Notes: a model not told the origin generated them from the letters alone. Numbered from the stretch's first letter, positions 1 to 10,207 are shown. The stretch is 64,000 bases of DNA from a virus (IMGVR_UViG_2639762884_000001), one strand, 5' to 3'. Made by a program: numbers and translations.

Positions 1-136
1 AAAAACTAGTATTAAGACTATCACTTATTTAAGTGATATTGGTTGTCTGGAGATTCAGGGGGCCAGTCTAGTTGATGCCATCCAAAATATTTGATGTCGT
101 CAAATTTACGCCATCGCAACATACTGAGAGAGATAA

Positions 137-769
137 ATGAGCACGGTAGCGAAAGATCTCACAGAAGATATTCTCAATGAAATTATTGCTGGTGCAAATA
201 CCTCGCTTGAGCAACTTCTTGCGTTAGCACTGAGAGCCGAACGTCGAGACAGAAATCGTTTTTATGAACGATTACCAGGGAAACGACCAGATAGATCAGA
301 TGAAGAAGGTTGCGATATAGACTACATGGAGCCTTCAGAGATTTATCAACTTGGTAAAGATGACGGCTGGAACGCTTATCACGATGCTGTGATGAAGTTG
401 GATGAAAAAGTTAAACCTCTTTCTCGACCGGTAGATCACGGTTTCCGCGATAACTGCGAATGCTCTAGTTGCCAGACCACGGCCCGTATTTGTTCCGAAT
501 TGACAGATAAGTCCAGCCTAATCTACGAAGTTAATGTAGGCGGTAATACATGGGTCGAATGCACAAGAGCTGCATACGTAAGAGCAAAAGACAAGGGTGA
601 ATTAACCAGAGTTGTTGCCCATCACCCAAATAATGAGCTTAAAGATCACCAGATTAGAGAACTGGTGAATGAGTTGCGGGATATTGCGGTTCAGTACCAC
701 GGAACGCAGCAATTGCGGGAGAAAATTGCCAGAGCAGTGAACAACTCAATTAGATCAGAAAGTATGTAG
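137..769 (+). CDS. hypothetical protein (210 aa), Cys-containing, no recognisable domain
   Basis: Intact ORF with GAGAGAG purine tract upstream; stem-loop at 785-804 downstream. No motif recognised by eye. Confidence 0.45.
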   Translation: MSTVAKDLTEDILNEIIAGANTSLEQLLALALRAERRDRNRFYERLPGKRPDRSDEEGCDIDYMEPSEIYQLGKDDGWNAYHDAVMKLDEKVKPLSRPVDHGFRDNCECSSCQTTARICSELTDKSSLIYEVNVGGNTWVECTRAAYVRAKDKGELTRVVAHHPNNELKDHQIRELVNELRDIAVQYHGTQQLREKIARAVNNSIRSESM

Positions 770-1206
770 TCAATACAATAAAATGGCCCCATTTGGATGG
801 GGCCGGTAACAACTAGCATTATGGGCGCTGGTTGACGTACTCAATGATCGCTTCGATGATTGCGAACATAGGCGGCACGATTTTGAAAAGTAAGTTAAGC
901 ACTATAGGCCTCACTTAGTTTTATCGCACCTAGCTGCAAATACCTTTGAGCTTGCCTTTGCAGTTGCAATATCTGTAGTCGCCAGATACTTACGGCACGA
1001 TTTCGAGTTAAGGTAAGGTTTTAGAGTCACCAAAAACCTGGACTTAAATCTTCTTTGAGAACAACGATGTTTGGTAAATGGTCATTATTACCTAGCATGA
1101 CGGCTCAACGTTTCTTGATGAATCCAGTACATTCGGTTAATCTTAGCTCAGTCGCCAGATACTTATGGCTCAGGAACAGAGGCGCAAACTCTGTTTCCTT
1201 TTAAAA

Positions 1207-1235
1207 AGCCCAGCCTAGTCAACTGGGCTTTTTTA
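1207..1235. terminator. bidirectional Rho-independent terminator-like hairpin
   Basis: AGCCCAG...CTGGGCT stem flanked by an A-run upstream and TTTTTT downstream. Confidence 0.7.
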
Positions 1236-1529
1236 ATGTCCGTTTTTAACCAAATGTACCCACAATACCGCAACATCAGTGTCTTGCGAATTAAGATAGG
1301 ATTTATAGAGACTATGTGCAAGTGCATAACTTTGTGGATAACTCGTAAAGGAAAAAGTGGTTTCCGCGGACATTAGTTCAGACAAGGAGTCTGGGAAAGT
1401 CAATGGGAAGTAAAAATTTGTTAAAAATAACGTTTGTTGGAATTGTATATATTTATGCCTTTCAATAGTTAGCATCTTATTAACATCTTTTTTAAGAGAT
1501 AGAGTTCAAAAATATATAGCTTCAACATA

Positions 1530-1549
1530 TACTGTATGCATATACAGTA
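1530..1549 (+). promoter_or_regulatory. LexA (SOS) box
   Basis: TACTGTATGCATATACAGTA: perfect CTGT-N8-ACAG palindrome with AT-rich spacer, 17 nt upstream of the ATG at 1566. Confidence 0.8.
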
Positions 1550-1565
1550 TTAAGAGGCGAGTATT

Positions 1566-1955
1566 ATGGGCTTCCCTTCTCCTGCGGCGGATTATGCTGA
1601 GAGCCGTATTTCTCTTGATCAGCAGATAATTAGACATCCTTCAGCGACCTACTTCATGAGGGCGGCTGATAGTCATCATCGTGAGGGAATATTGCAGGGT
1701 GCATTGCTGGTGGTCGATTCCTCACTGACTCCTGTTGATGGATCTCTTCTTGTATGTGCTCTGGATGGGGAATATCGCGTAAAAAGATACCGGAAGTATC
1801 CACGTCAGCATCTGGAGGATTTAAGAACTGGTAAGAAGGAAGCATTGCCAAAGGATGATGATGGATGCACGGGCAGCAATGCCGTGTTTGGTGTGATCAC
1901 TCACATTATCAACGACGCAAGAAGTGGCGAGTTTGATGATTGTCCTGTGATGTAG
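1566..1955 (+). CDS. UmuD'-like S24 (LexA/UmuD family) peptidase domain protein lacking the N-terminal arm
   Basis: GFPSPAADY...HPSATYF and retained Ser (AADSH) and Lys (RVKR) align with UmuD from its Cys24-Gly25 cleavage site onward; AAGAGG RBS at 1552-1557; in-frame stop at 1551-1553 prevents a longer N-terminus. Confidence 0.75.
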   Translation: MGFPSPAADYAESRISLDQQIIRHPSATYFMRAADSHHREGILQGALLVVDSSLTPVDGSLLVCALDGEYRVKRYRKYPRQHLEDLRTGKKEALPKDDDGCTGSNAVFGVITHIINDARSGEFDDCPVM

Positions 1956-1967
1956 GAGAACTGTTTA

Positions 1968-1992
1968 GGTGGTGCATTGCACCACCTTTTTA
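1968..1992 (+). terminator. Rho-independent terminator
   Basis: GGTGGTGC-ATT-GCACCACC hairpin followed by TTTTTA, between convergent umuD-like and apbC. Confidence 0.7.
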
Positions 1993-3093
1993 TCACACTG
2001 CGCGGAATGCGATTTCGCCAGGTATTACTTCACCTTGCCAATACATTTGGGCAGCAACGCGATCTGCGAGGTCACGATAAATAGCCGTAAATTCGCTATC
2101 TGGACGACTAATAACGGTTGGTGTTCCGTTATCCAGATCTTCACGAAGAGAGATATGAAGTGGCATTTGGCCTAACAACTGCGTGTTGTATTTCTCGGCC
2201 AGTTTCTGTGCGCCACCGGTGCCAAAAATTGGCTCGTGATGACCGCAGTTACTGCAAATATGCACACTCATGTTTTCGACGATACCTAGTACCGGCACTT
2301 CGACTTTTTCGAACATCACAATGCCTTTCTTCGCATCGATCAGCGCGATGTCTTGCGGCGTAGTTACCACAACCGCACCAGTTACAGGAATGTTCTGCGC
2401 CAGCGTCAATTGAATATCACCAGTGCCCGGCGGCATATCGAGAACGAGATAGTCCAGATCAGGCCACAGTGTTTCCTGCAACATCTGCATCAGCGCCTTG
2501 CTGGCCATCGGTCCACGCCACACCATTGCATTGTCGTCGGTGACCAGATAACCAATAGAGTTGGTTGCCAGGCCATGAGACATGATAGGTGCCATGTGAG
2601 TACCGTCCGGTGAGGTTGGACGTTGGTTTTCCGCGCCCAGCATGGTTGGAATTGATGGACCATAGATATCGGCATCCAAAATACCAACTTTCGCACCTTC
2701 AGCAGCCAAAGCCAGTGCCAAGTTTACTGCTGTGGACGATTTGCCTACACCGCCCTTGCCTGAGCTTACGGCGATAATATTCTTAACACCATTAATGCCT
2801 GGTTGGTTTTTGACGCGCTTAAGCGTGGCAATGTTGTACGACAGCTTCCAGTCAATAGCCTTTGCGCCAGTGATACGGAGCAGATCACCACTACATTGCT
2901 CTTTCAGGTCTTCAAAAGACTTATTCCACACGAAAGGCATGATTAGTTCGACATGCAGTGTGTCATCCATCAACGCAACATGGTGTAACGCTTTAAGCGT
3001 AGTCAGGTTGTGTTTCAGGGTTGGGTGCTGAAAATTAGCCAGCGTACCGGCTACCATTGCTCTCAGGGCATCCGGCGATTTGGACTCGCTCAT
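1993..3093 (-). CDS. apbC: Fe-S cluster carrier ATPase ApbC/Mrp
   Basis: 366-aa product nearly collinear with E. coli ApbC (Walker A SSGKGGVGKSS, CSNCGHH motif); divergent from metG as in enterobacterial chromosomes. Confidence 0.95.
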   Translation of the reverse strand: MSESKSPDALRAMVAGTLANFQHPTLKHNLTTLKALHHVALMDDTLHVELIMPFVWNKSFEDLKEQCSGDLLRITGAKAIDWKLSYNIATLKRVKNQPGINGVKNIIAVSSGKGGVGKSSTAVNLALALAAEGAKVGILDADIYGPSIPTMLGAENQRPTSPDGTHMAPIMSHGLATNSIGYLVTDDNAMVWRGPMASKALMQMLQETLWPDLDYLVLDMPPGTGDIQLTLAQNIPVTGAVVVTTPQDIALIDAKKGIVMFEKVEVPVLGIVENMSVHICSNCGHHEPIFGTGGAQKLAEKYNTQLLGQMPLHISLREDLDNGTPTVISRPDSEFTAIYRDLADRVAAQMYWQGEVIPGEIAFRAV

Positions 3094-3250
3094 CCCGTCT
3101 CCTTTATTTTAATTTGCGCAATTGTCGCCTTGTAGTGTACTCCAGCTACGACATTTAATCATTTATGAGAAATGCTGTTATCACATGGCAGACATAAGGC
3201 CATTTTGTTACTATCAAGCCCCTTTTCACTACAAAGAAGTAATGCCTACT

Positions 3251-5284
3251 ATGACCCAAGTCGCGAAGAAAATTCTGGTGACGTGCGCGCTGCCGTACGC
3301 TAACGGCTCAATCCACCTCGGCCATATGCTGGAGCACATCCAGGCTGATGTCTGGGTTCGTTACCAGCGAATGCGCGGCCACGAGGTTAATTTCATCTGT
3401 GCCGACGATGCCCACGGCACACCGATCATGCTGAAAGCACAGCAGCTTGGTATCACACCGGAACAGATGATTGGCGAAATGAGTCAGGAACACCAGACTG
3501 ATTTTGCAGGCTTTAACATCAGCTATGACAACTATCACTCGACGCACAGCGAAGAGAACCGTCAGTTGTCCGAGCTTATCTATACTCGCCTGAAAGAGAA
3601 CGGTTTTATTAAAAACCGCACCATCTCTCAGCTGTACGATCCGGAAAAAGGCATGTTCCTGCCGGACCGTTTTGTGAAAGGCACCTGCCCGAAATGTAAA
3701 GCACCGGATCAATACGGCGATAACTGTGAAGTCTGCGGCGCTACTTACAGCCCGACTGAACTGATCGAGCCGAAATCGGTAGTTTCTGGTGCTACGCCGG
3801 TAATGCGTGATTCCGAACACTTCTTCTTTGATCTGCCTTCTTTCAGCGAAATGTTGCAGGCATGGACCCGCAGCGGTGCGTTGCAGGAGCAGGTGGCAAA
3901 CAAAATGCAGGAGTGGTTTGAATCTGGCCTGCAACAGTGGGATATCTCCCGCGATGCGCCGTACTTCGGTTTTGAAATTCCGAACGCACCGGGCAAATAT
4001 TTCTACGTCTGGCTGGACGCGCCGATTGGCTACATGGGTTCCTTCAAGAATCTGTGCGACAAACGCGGCGACACTACCAGCTTCGACGAATACTGGAAGA
4101 AAGACTCCACCGCCGAGCTGTACCACTTCATCGGTAAAGATATCGTTTACTTCCACAGCCTGTTCTGGCCTGCCATGCTGGAAGGCAGCAATTTCCGCAA
4201 GCCGACCAACCTGTTTGTTCATGGCTATGTGACGGTGAACGGTGCGAAGATGTCCAAGTCTCGCGGCACCTTTATTAAAGCCAGCACCTGGCTGAATCAT
4301 TTTGACGCTGACAGCCTGCGTTACTACTACACTGCGAAACTCTCTTCGCGCATTGATGATATCGATCTCAACCTGGAGGATTTCGTTCAGCGCGTGAATG
4401 CCGATATCGTGAACAAAGTGGTTAACCTGGCCTCCCGTAATGCAGGCTTTATCAACAAGCGTTTTGACGGCGTGCTGGCAAGCGAACTGGCTGACCCGCA
4501 ACTGTACAAAACCTTTACTGATGCTGCTGAAGTGATTGGTGAAGCATGGGAAAGCCGCGAATTTGGTAAAGCGATTCGTGAAATCATGGCGCTGGCTGAT
4601 CTGGCTAACCGCTATGTCGATGAACAGGCTCCGTGGGTGGTGGCGAAGCAGGAAGGGCGCGATGCCGATCTGCAGGCGATTTGCTCTATGGGCATTAACC
4701 TGTTCCGCGTGCTGATGACGTACCTGAAACCGGTACTGCCGAAACTGACTGAACGTGCAGAAGCATTCCTGAATACAGAACTGACCTGGGATGGTATCCA
4801 GCAACCGCTGCTGGGCCATAAAGTGAATCCGTTCAAGGCACTGTATAACCGCATCGACATGAAGCAGGTTGAAGCACTGGTGGAAGCATCCAAAGAGGAA
4901 GTAAAAGCCGCTGCCGCGCCAGTAACTGGCCCACTGGCAGATGATCCGATTCAGGAAACCATCACCTTTGACGACTTCGCCAAAGTTGACCTGCGCGTGG
5001 CTCTGATTGAAAACGCGGAGTTTGTCGAAGGTTCTGACAAACTGCTTCGCCTGACGCTGGATCTCGGTGGCGAAAAACGTAATGTCTTCTCCGGCATTCG
5101 TTCCGCTTATCCAGATCCACAGGCACTGATTGGTCGTCACACCATTATGGTGGCCAACCTGGCTCCGCGTAAAATGCGCTTCGGTATCTCCGAAGGCATG
5201 GTGATGGCTGCTGGCCCCGGCGGGAAAGATATCTTCCTGTTAAGCCCGGATGCTGGTGCTAAACCAGGCCACCAGGTTAAGTAA
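3251..5284 (+). CDS. metG: methionine--tRNA ligase
   Basis: 677-aa product starting [26 protein letters not shown] (HIGH motif), KMSKS present, C-terminal tRNA-binding domain; near-identical to E. coli MetG as recalled. The track ORF start at 3122 is an upstream in-frame extension. Confidence 0.97.
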   Translation: MTQVAKKILVTCALPYANGSIHLGHMLEHIQADVWVRYQRMRGHEVNFICADDAHGTPIMLKAQQLGITPEQMIGEMSQEHQTDFAGFNISYDNYHSTHSEENRQLSELIYTRLKENGFIKNRTISQLYDPEKGMFLPDRFVKGTCPKCKAPDQYGDNCEVCGATYSPTELIEPKSVVSGATPVMRDSEHFFFDLPSFSEMLQAWTRSGALQEQVANKMQEWFESGLQQWDISRDAPYFGFEIPNAPGKYFYVWLDAPIGYMGSFKNLCDKRGDTTSFDEYWKKDSTAELYHFIGKDIVYFHSLFWPAMLEGSNFRKPTNLFVHGYVTVNGAKMSKSRGTFIKASTWLNHFDADSLRYYYTAKLSSRIDDIDLNLEDFVQRVNADIVNKVVNLASRNAGFINKRFDGVLASELADPQLYKTFTDAAEVIGEAWESREFGKAIREIMALADLANRYVDEQAPWVVAKQEGRDADLQAICSMGINLFRVLMTYLKPVLPKLTERAEAFLNTELTWDGIQQPLLGHKVNPFKALYNRIDMKQVEALVEASKEEVKAAAAPVTGPLADDPIQETITFDDFAKVDLRVALIENAEFVEGSDKLLRLTLDLGGEKRNVFSGIRSAYPDPQALIGRHTIMVANLAPRKMRFGISEGMVMAAGPGGKDIFLLSPDAGAKPGHQVK

Positions 5285-5303
5285 TTAAGCAACCATTCTT
5301 CAC

Positions 5304-5333
5304 AATGCCCGGCAATACGCTGGGCATTTTCAT
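5304..5333 (+). terminator. metG terminator hairpin
   Basis: AATGCCC...GGGCATT stem followed by a T-rich tract. Confidence 0.6.
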
Positions 5334-5445
5334 TTAGACACAATCCCTTCTGATTTACACATACCCTAAAACAATTTGTTTTCTGCCTTTTGTTGATTGA
5401 GATAATAAACCACATAAGAAAACAACTTGTTTTGGAGTGGTTTAA

Positions 5446-5745
5446 ATGTTGAACATTACCCAAGCCTACCAGGTGGCATTGATCAGCTCATCTCATACAT
5501 CAGAGGAAGATGCTCGCCGATTCATGATCGCAAGCAATGAGCTGGATTGGGTTTCACAAATTGAGTACGGTTGCATTGTCCACGCCGGGTTACAGGACGA
5601 TGACTGGAAAGATGAGTTGCGTCGATATGGTATATCCGAGGGCGCGATTGCGAACATTCAGAAAGTACTTGATGTAGGCTTTGACTCTGTACATTTTGAT
5701 TGTGGCGCACCGGTCGTTGAAGGGCTTGAGTGCTGGCAATGGTAA
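5446..5745 (+). CDS. hypothetical protein (99 aa)
   Basis: ORF with GGAG RBS; class A palindrome at 5418-5433 immediately upstream. Confidence 0.5.
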   Translation: MLNITQAYQVALISSSHTSEEDARRFMIASNELDWVSQIEYGCIVHAGLQDDDWKDELRRYGISEGAIANIQKVLDVGFDSVHFDCGAPVVEGLECWQW

Positions 5746-5781
5746 TCCGGCAATCGCTTCATACTAGATAACGGAGAATTT

Positions 5782-5967
5782 ATGCTTAAAGAAGACTCAT
5801 ATCTACTAAAGGCGCTTGAAATGCGTGGCGTTGAACCTACAGTGAAAAACGCCCACGATATCTACCTTCAGTTTTCACCGGAGCTGAAACGGCTCATAAA
5901 TCAATACGGGGTTAATGACTCAAGTGTTAAAGCGATGATAGATGATGAATTAGACCATCTTATCTAA
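5782..5967 (+). CDS. hypothetical protein (61 aa)
   Basis: ORF with ACGGAG RBS spaced 7 nt from ATG. Confidence 0.45.
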   Translation: MLKEDSYLLKALEMRGVEPTVKNAHDIYLQFSPELKRLINQYGVNDSSVKAMIDDELDHLI

Positions 5968-6119
5968 TCGTTATCCTATGATAATGGTTTCACTTTGAGA
6001 TTGTTATTTTTCATAGCCAAAGCTGATGTTTGTGGAAGGTGGATTGATAAACGGATGCGTATTTAGGTTATACAAGTGAGAAAATTGATAATATATAAAC
6101 GCGATTTTTATGTGATGGA

Positions 6120-6689
6120 ATGGATGTGATGGAAACCCAGAACCAACAAACAAAACCTCTGAATAACATTTATGCGTGGATTCTAGCGTTCATGCCTTTC
6201 TTCTTTGGAGTATTGCCGGAAGAGTATACCAATTACGCTATTATAATTGGGGGTGTAACTACCATCGGTTTGTTAGTAGCTGACAGAATGGCTCTATCGG
6301 AGTCTGGCTGTGAACCACCTTCAATTCTATGGGGGGTATTCCTCCTGCCTGTCTATCTCTGGAAGCGCGCGACTATTACAAAAGGCAGCAGAGTGCCATT
6401 TATCATAATCGTTGCGTCGCTGGCTTGGATTATCTTCATCGGCATCCCACACAAGGACGAGGTTGCTCTTGAAGAAGCAGCCTGCCCTCTCGTGACAACT
6501 ATTCTGAAAGAGAATAACGGTTCGACTGCACCAAAATGTATGAAGGTGACAATAGAGGACAAGGTGACGGATAAGTTCTATAGAGCAACGGCTACACTAG
6601 ACAATGGTAATGACATTAACATTACTCTGGAACTTACCGGTGACAGGAACTTCTACGTCCGTGTTCCAAATGTTTATCTGAACAACTAA
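6120..6689 (+). CDS. hypothetical membrane protein (189 aa)
   Basis: Several hydrophobic helices (AWILAFMPFFFGVL, IIIGGVTTIGLLV, WGVFLLPVYLW, FIIIVASLAWIIFIGI). Confidence 0.5.
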   Translation: MDVMETQNQQTKPLNNIYAWILAFMPFFFGVLPEEYTNYAIIIGGVTTIGLLVADRMALSESGCEPPSILWGVFLLPVYLWKRATITKGSRVPFIIIVASLAWIIFIGIPHKDEVALEEAACPLVTTILKENNGSTAPKCMKVTIEDKVTDKFYRATATLDNGNDINITLELTGDRNFYVRVPNVYLNN

Positions 6690-7079
6690 CGGTTGCAACT
6701 TATTGATAATGGCGGTCACAATTTGATTCTTTTCTATAAGAATCCGTTGATCGCCACTACTCCCCTTCCATACCTGCAATCATACCCTTAAATATCAATA
6801 GGTTATGGTTGTTTATACAAATAAGAAAACAACTAAATAACAGATCAACGAAACGTCAACGCTTTCACCCGATTTGGTCTAAAAAATTGATGTTTTCACA
6901 CATCACTTCTTATACCCGTAACTCTACGCAGCAGACAGCGCCACAGCGTCCAATTTTCACCACAGACGACTCAACACACCACCAACAAAAACACACGCTC
7001 AAAATCGCTCCCGTTGCGTTACATAACCATATAAACAACTTATTTTCAGGCATAACAAAACAACTAAATAACACACATG

Positions 7080-7200
7080 CCATTCCCCAAAACAACCAAC
7101 CTCTTTATGGCAGGCTACCGAAAAGACCCACCTCTTCTTCCCAGGCTACCGGACAACCAACCTAACTTTCACAGGCAATCCGAAAACATTCATACGCGCG
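7080..7200. repeat. C/A-rich direct repeats (CAGGCTACCG... units), first copy
   Basis: Units starting 7111, 7143, 7175 (caggctaccgaaaagacccacct / caggctaccggacaaccaacct / caggcaatccgaaaacattc) within a roughly 650-nt tract (about 6900-7560) almost devoid of G and T on the plus strand. Confidence 0.7.
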
Positions 7201-7757
7201 ATACCCACGATACGCCATTCCCCAAATAGCGAAGCACACCAGAATCACTGAAACCCCCAACGAAGCCTGTAACCGCAAGGTTTCTCTCAATCCCAAAAGA
7301 CACGAAACATAACAATCACGGGAAATGCCATTACCCAATACACGAATAACTACAAAAGCCTTTCACACACTCCAGACAAACAACTCAAACACAACAACGA
7401 AAGGAATCGCCCACCTGCCATTACTCCATACACAGAGAAGAACAATCACCAAAACGACGAGAACACCCCATAGAAGAACCACCGCAAAACTAACGAAACC
7501 ACATACACCGACAGAGAAAACAACACACCCAATTCACCAACAGAAATAGTCGCCGTATAGAACGTTCTGGAAGGAGTGAGCATTAACGCCTATAGAGAGG
7601 TTGAAACAGATAAAACACGAAGAAAACACAACATGTATAGCGAAGAAGCCAGGTATGTATAAGTGGGGGGGGAAGGAGGGGTGTCGCCTCCTTTTTCGTA
7701 TTTATTCAACTCCTGATTTTATCCCCCGTAACACCCCTACGGTCAGCCTCCGGTCCA

Positions 7758-7897
7758 TAAGGGAAAAGGCTGCATCCCGCTACAGAAACGGCTGGATTGC
7801 CTTCGGGGAACGGCTGGAGGTTTTCAGAGAAACGGTCGAGTTGCCTGTGTGAATTTCGGGAAAAGGTTCGATGCCGGTTCAGGAACGGCGGCGTACC
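7758..7897. repeat. iteron-like direct repeats (RGRAAMGGCTG), cluster 1
   Basis: Six copies: gggaaaaggctg 7761, agaaacggctg 7785, gggaacggctg 7806, agaaacggtcg 7827, gggaaaaggttcg 7858, aggaacggcgg 7881; spacing about 21-31 bp. Confidence 0.7.
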
Positions 7898-8231
7898 GGT
7901 ATAGCGTGAGGGAGAGTTGCGGCTGCCCACCTGTAATGTGCGGGAAGAAGAGAGGCGCTCACGTGCAGGCGGACTAACTTACCGCTGGATTCCCTCTGAA
8001 TGCCCAGCTACAGCGTAATTGTGCCAGACAGCCAACGGGTCACAATCGATTTCAGTAGGTTTTCGGGGAGATGATTATTCTGCCCACCAGCCACCTTAGG
8101 CCACTAAATCAGAATAATGTAAAAAGTGTACTCGGTACTGAACCTGAAAACTCACTGCCAAAACCACATTCACCGGAATAAAATCCTTTTTCGCCTGTGC
8201 GTTATTGCGATAATAACACCATCAAGAAAAC

Positions 8232-8582
8232 ATGTTGTTTAAGGATTGCTTTATGTTTGCAAATATCGACATCAACCAAATCAAGAAATTAACTCAAAAA
8301 GAGTTTGATCAGTTTTATGAGTTAGAAGGTTGGTCTTCCACTCTGATCAATTCGCGGTGGGTGCTTGAGCTGATGACTCGTGATGACGCACCTGCTTTGA
8401 TGATTTGCGACATGGGTGAAGATGCTGACTTTATGGATATGAGCGAATTTTGTGTGGACACATACAACCGCAGCCAGAAGTACTACTTCACATGCGATAG
8501 CGAAAATGACGTGATTTCTAAGGTCTATCTTCACCTTGTCCAGCATTGGGACGTTCAGGAGTTTCTTGAGGTATTCGCGTAA
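8232..8582 (+). CDS. hypothetical protein (116 aa; alternative start 8253 with AAGGA RBS)
   Basis: ORF; acidic Cys-containing product; hairpin 8593-8611 downstream. Confidence 0.5.
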   Translation: MLFKDCFMFANIDINQIKKLTQKEFDQFYELEGWSSTLINSRWVLELMTRDDAPALMICDMGEDADFMDMSEFCVDTYNRSQKYYFTCDSENDVISKVYLHLVQHWDVQEFLEVFA

Positions 8583-8735
8583 TCCCAACCAAAGCCAGCA
8601 TTGCTGGCTTAATTTCTCTATAGCCGCAGGGAGGAACCTGCATATCGATCATGCACCTGATCATTATGCTTTGTAGCCGTTTTCTTACTGGTATTATTTA
8701 CGCCATTGAGAAAACAAGTTGTTTACGGAGTTGTG

Positions 8736-9047
8736 ATGAAAAAATCATTGGTTCTTGGTCTGGACAAAGACCAGAAGAGAAAAGAGAAGCCTGCACTGGT
8801 TGCTCAATTAACTTTGCTAGACATCGTTGCCAATGGAACTTCTATTCGTCTGTTCCGTGAAACAGCGGTGTCTTTCGATAAAAACACCTTTACTCGTTAT
8901 GTAATGAATGTTCGTCGCCAGCGTGGAAAAGGATGGGTGGCATTTCAAAGAATGTGGCCGGAACATCAGCTCGAACTGGCCTTGATGGAAGTTAACCGCG
9001 TGGCCCAGCAAGAAATTCAGAGAGCATCAGTGATGGCAATAGCCTGA
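8736..9047 (+). CDS. hypothetical protein (103 aa)
   Basis: ATG at 8736 preceded by GGAG; class A palindrome 8711-8724 directly upstream. The track ORF starts at an upstream TTG. Confidence 0.5.
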   Translation: MKKSLVLGLDKDQKRKEKPALVAQLTLLDIVANGTSIRLFRETAVSFDKNTFTRYVMNVRRQRGKGWVAFQRMWPEHQLELALMEVNRVAQQEIQRASVMAIA

Positions 9048-9082
9048 TAATGTGCAAGTGGTAATTAGTCGACAGTACGACA

Positions 9083-9110
9083 GCCCCGCCATCCTTACGG
9101 GGCTTTTTTG
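9083..9110 (+). terminator. Rho-independent terminator
   Basis: GCCCCG...CGGGGC stem followed by TTTTTT. Confidence 0.8.
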
Positions 9111-9173
9111 TATTGTAAGTACATACTTATGATCATAGAATATAAAAATAACCAATACACTACGGAGAGTGAA

Positions 9174-9569
9174 ATGACCGTTAAACGCGAAAAACTGACA
9201 GTTGATGTTTACTATGCCTCTGAAACCGCCGAAGGTAAGAATGTGGCAAAAATCACCGTTGTTACGTACAACACCGAAACTGGTGCCGAAGTCCAGGCCA
9301 GTACGATCGTGCGTAAAGGTGATGCCTCCGGCGGCGAGTACGCGACTCAATACCAGTCCATTCTCGATGCAACTGACCCGCTGCTGCTGAAAATCGAGAA
9401 CTACTTCCGCCAGGTTGATGAAGAGGTGTTTGAAACCATGATGAATATGGTTAACACCGTATTCGCCTCCAGCCTGAACACCAGCACCACCTGGATTGGC
9501 CAGTACGGTCTGCGCATTACCTCTGGCATTCCTGCCGACACCTTAATCCCTGAAAGCGTATTCGCTTAA
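9174..9569 (+). CDS. hypothetical protein (131 aa)
   Basis: ATG at 9174 with GGAGAG RBS; terminator downstream. Confidence 0.5.
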   Translation: MTVKREKLTVDVYYASETAEGKNVAKITVVTYNTETGAEVQASTIVRKGDASGGEYATQYQSILDATDPLLLKIENYFRQVDEEVFETMMNMVNTVFASSLNTSTTWIGQYGLRITSGIPADTLIPESVFA

Positions 9570-9579
9570 TCCTCTTTAA

Positions 9580-9606
9580 ATGGCGCGCAAACCGCGCCAT
9601 TTTATT
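9580..9606 (+). terminator. Rho-independent terminator
   Basis: ATGGCGCG-CAAAC-CGCGCCAT hairpin followed by TTTATT. Confidence 0.8.
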
Positions 9607-9686
9607 ATGCCCGATAACAATTTGTTTTCTGCCTTATCTGATTTGTGAAAATGATTTCACTGAAGCAACTTAATAAGGAAACCATC

Positions 9687-10061
9687 ATGGGACTTGATAT
9701 CTATATCGAGACACAGCCTAAAAACGATCTGAATAACGAGGCATCCAGAAAGCAGGTTGCTTACTTCCGTAAGTTCAATGCGCTCGTGGGGTGGATGGAG
9801 CGCAACGTAGGTGAAGTCGAAAATTGTGAGCTTTTAGAATTAACGATGAATGACATTTGTCTTCTGAAAGCTCATTTGATGCACATAAACGAAAGCAATT
9901 GCGAAGAGTACTTGCCTACTCGGGAAGGTTTTTTCTTCGGCAGTCAGGAGTACGACGAAGGTTACTGGCATGACGTGGATAAGCTGAAAAAACTTGTGGA
10001 AGACCTGATCAGGAACCACGACTTTAACAATAACAGACTGACCTTCTGCGCCTGGTGGTAA
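9687..10061 (+). CDS. hypothetical protein (124 aa)
   Basis: ATG at 9687 with AAGGA RBS; class A palindrome at 9616-9628. Confidence 0.5.
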   Translation: MGLDIYIETQPKNDLNNEASRKQVAYFRKFNALVGWMERNVGEVENCELLELTMNDICLLKAHLMHINESNCEEYLPTREGFFFGSQEYDEGYWHDVDKLKKLVEDLIRNHDFNNNRLTFCAWW

Positions 10062-10063
10062 AT

Positions 10064-10207
10064 ATGGGCGATTTCAAGAAACGCCTGAAGGAAAGAGCCG
10101 AGATGGTCAGAAAGCAAAACGCCTCTTCTGTCATCAGATACGCAAGGCAGTTTAGTCGCAACAACAAATCAGTTGAGGAAAAGATCCTTAGCGTAATCGG
10201 TCGATAA
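10064..10207 (+). CDS. small basic hypothetical protein (47 aa)
   Basis: ATG one codon after the preceding stop, GGTGGTAA upstream; below the track size cutoff; hairpin follows. Confidence 0.3.
   Translation: MGDFKKRLKERAEMVRKQNASSVIRYARQFSRNNKSVEEKILSVIGR

Noticed and set aside
1233-1475. 80-aa minus-strand ORF upstream of the umuD-like gene
   Set aside because: Sits in the promoter and terminator region, overlaps the terminator hairpin, no ribosome-binding site.
3308-5140. 610-aa ORF on the minus strand
   Set aside because: Entirely antisense to the highly conserved metG coding sequence; low-complexity translation; an open-frame artefact.
6809-7549. ORFs 6809..7165 and 7325..7549 encoding Thr/Pro/His/Gln-rich proteins
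   Set aside because: They fall in the C/A-skewed repeat tract, lack ribosome-binding sites and have compositions dictated by the skew; treated as noncoding.
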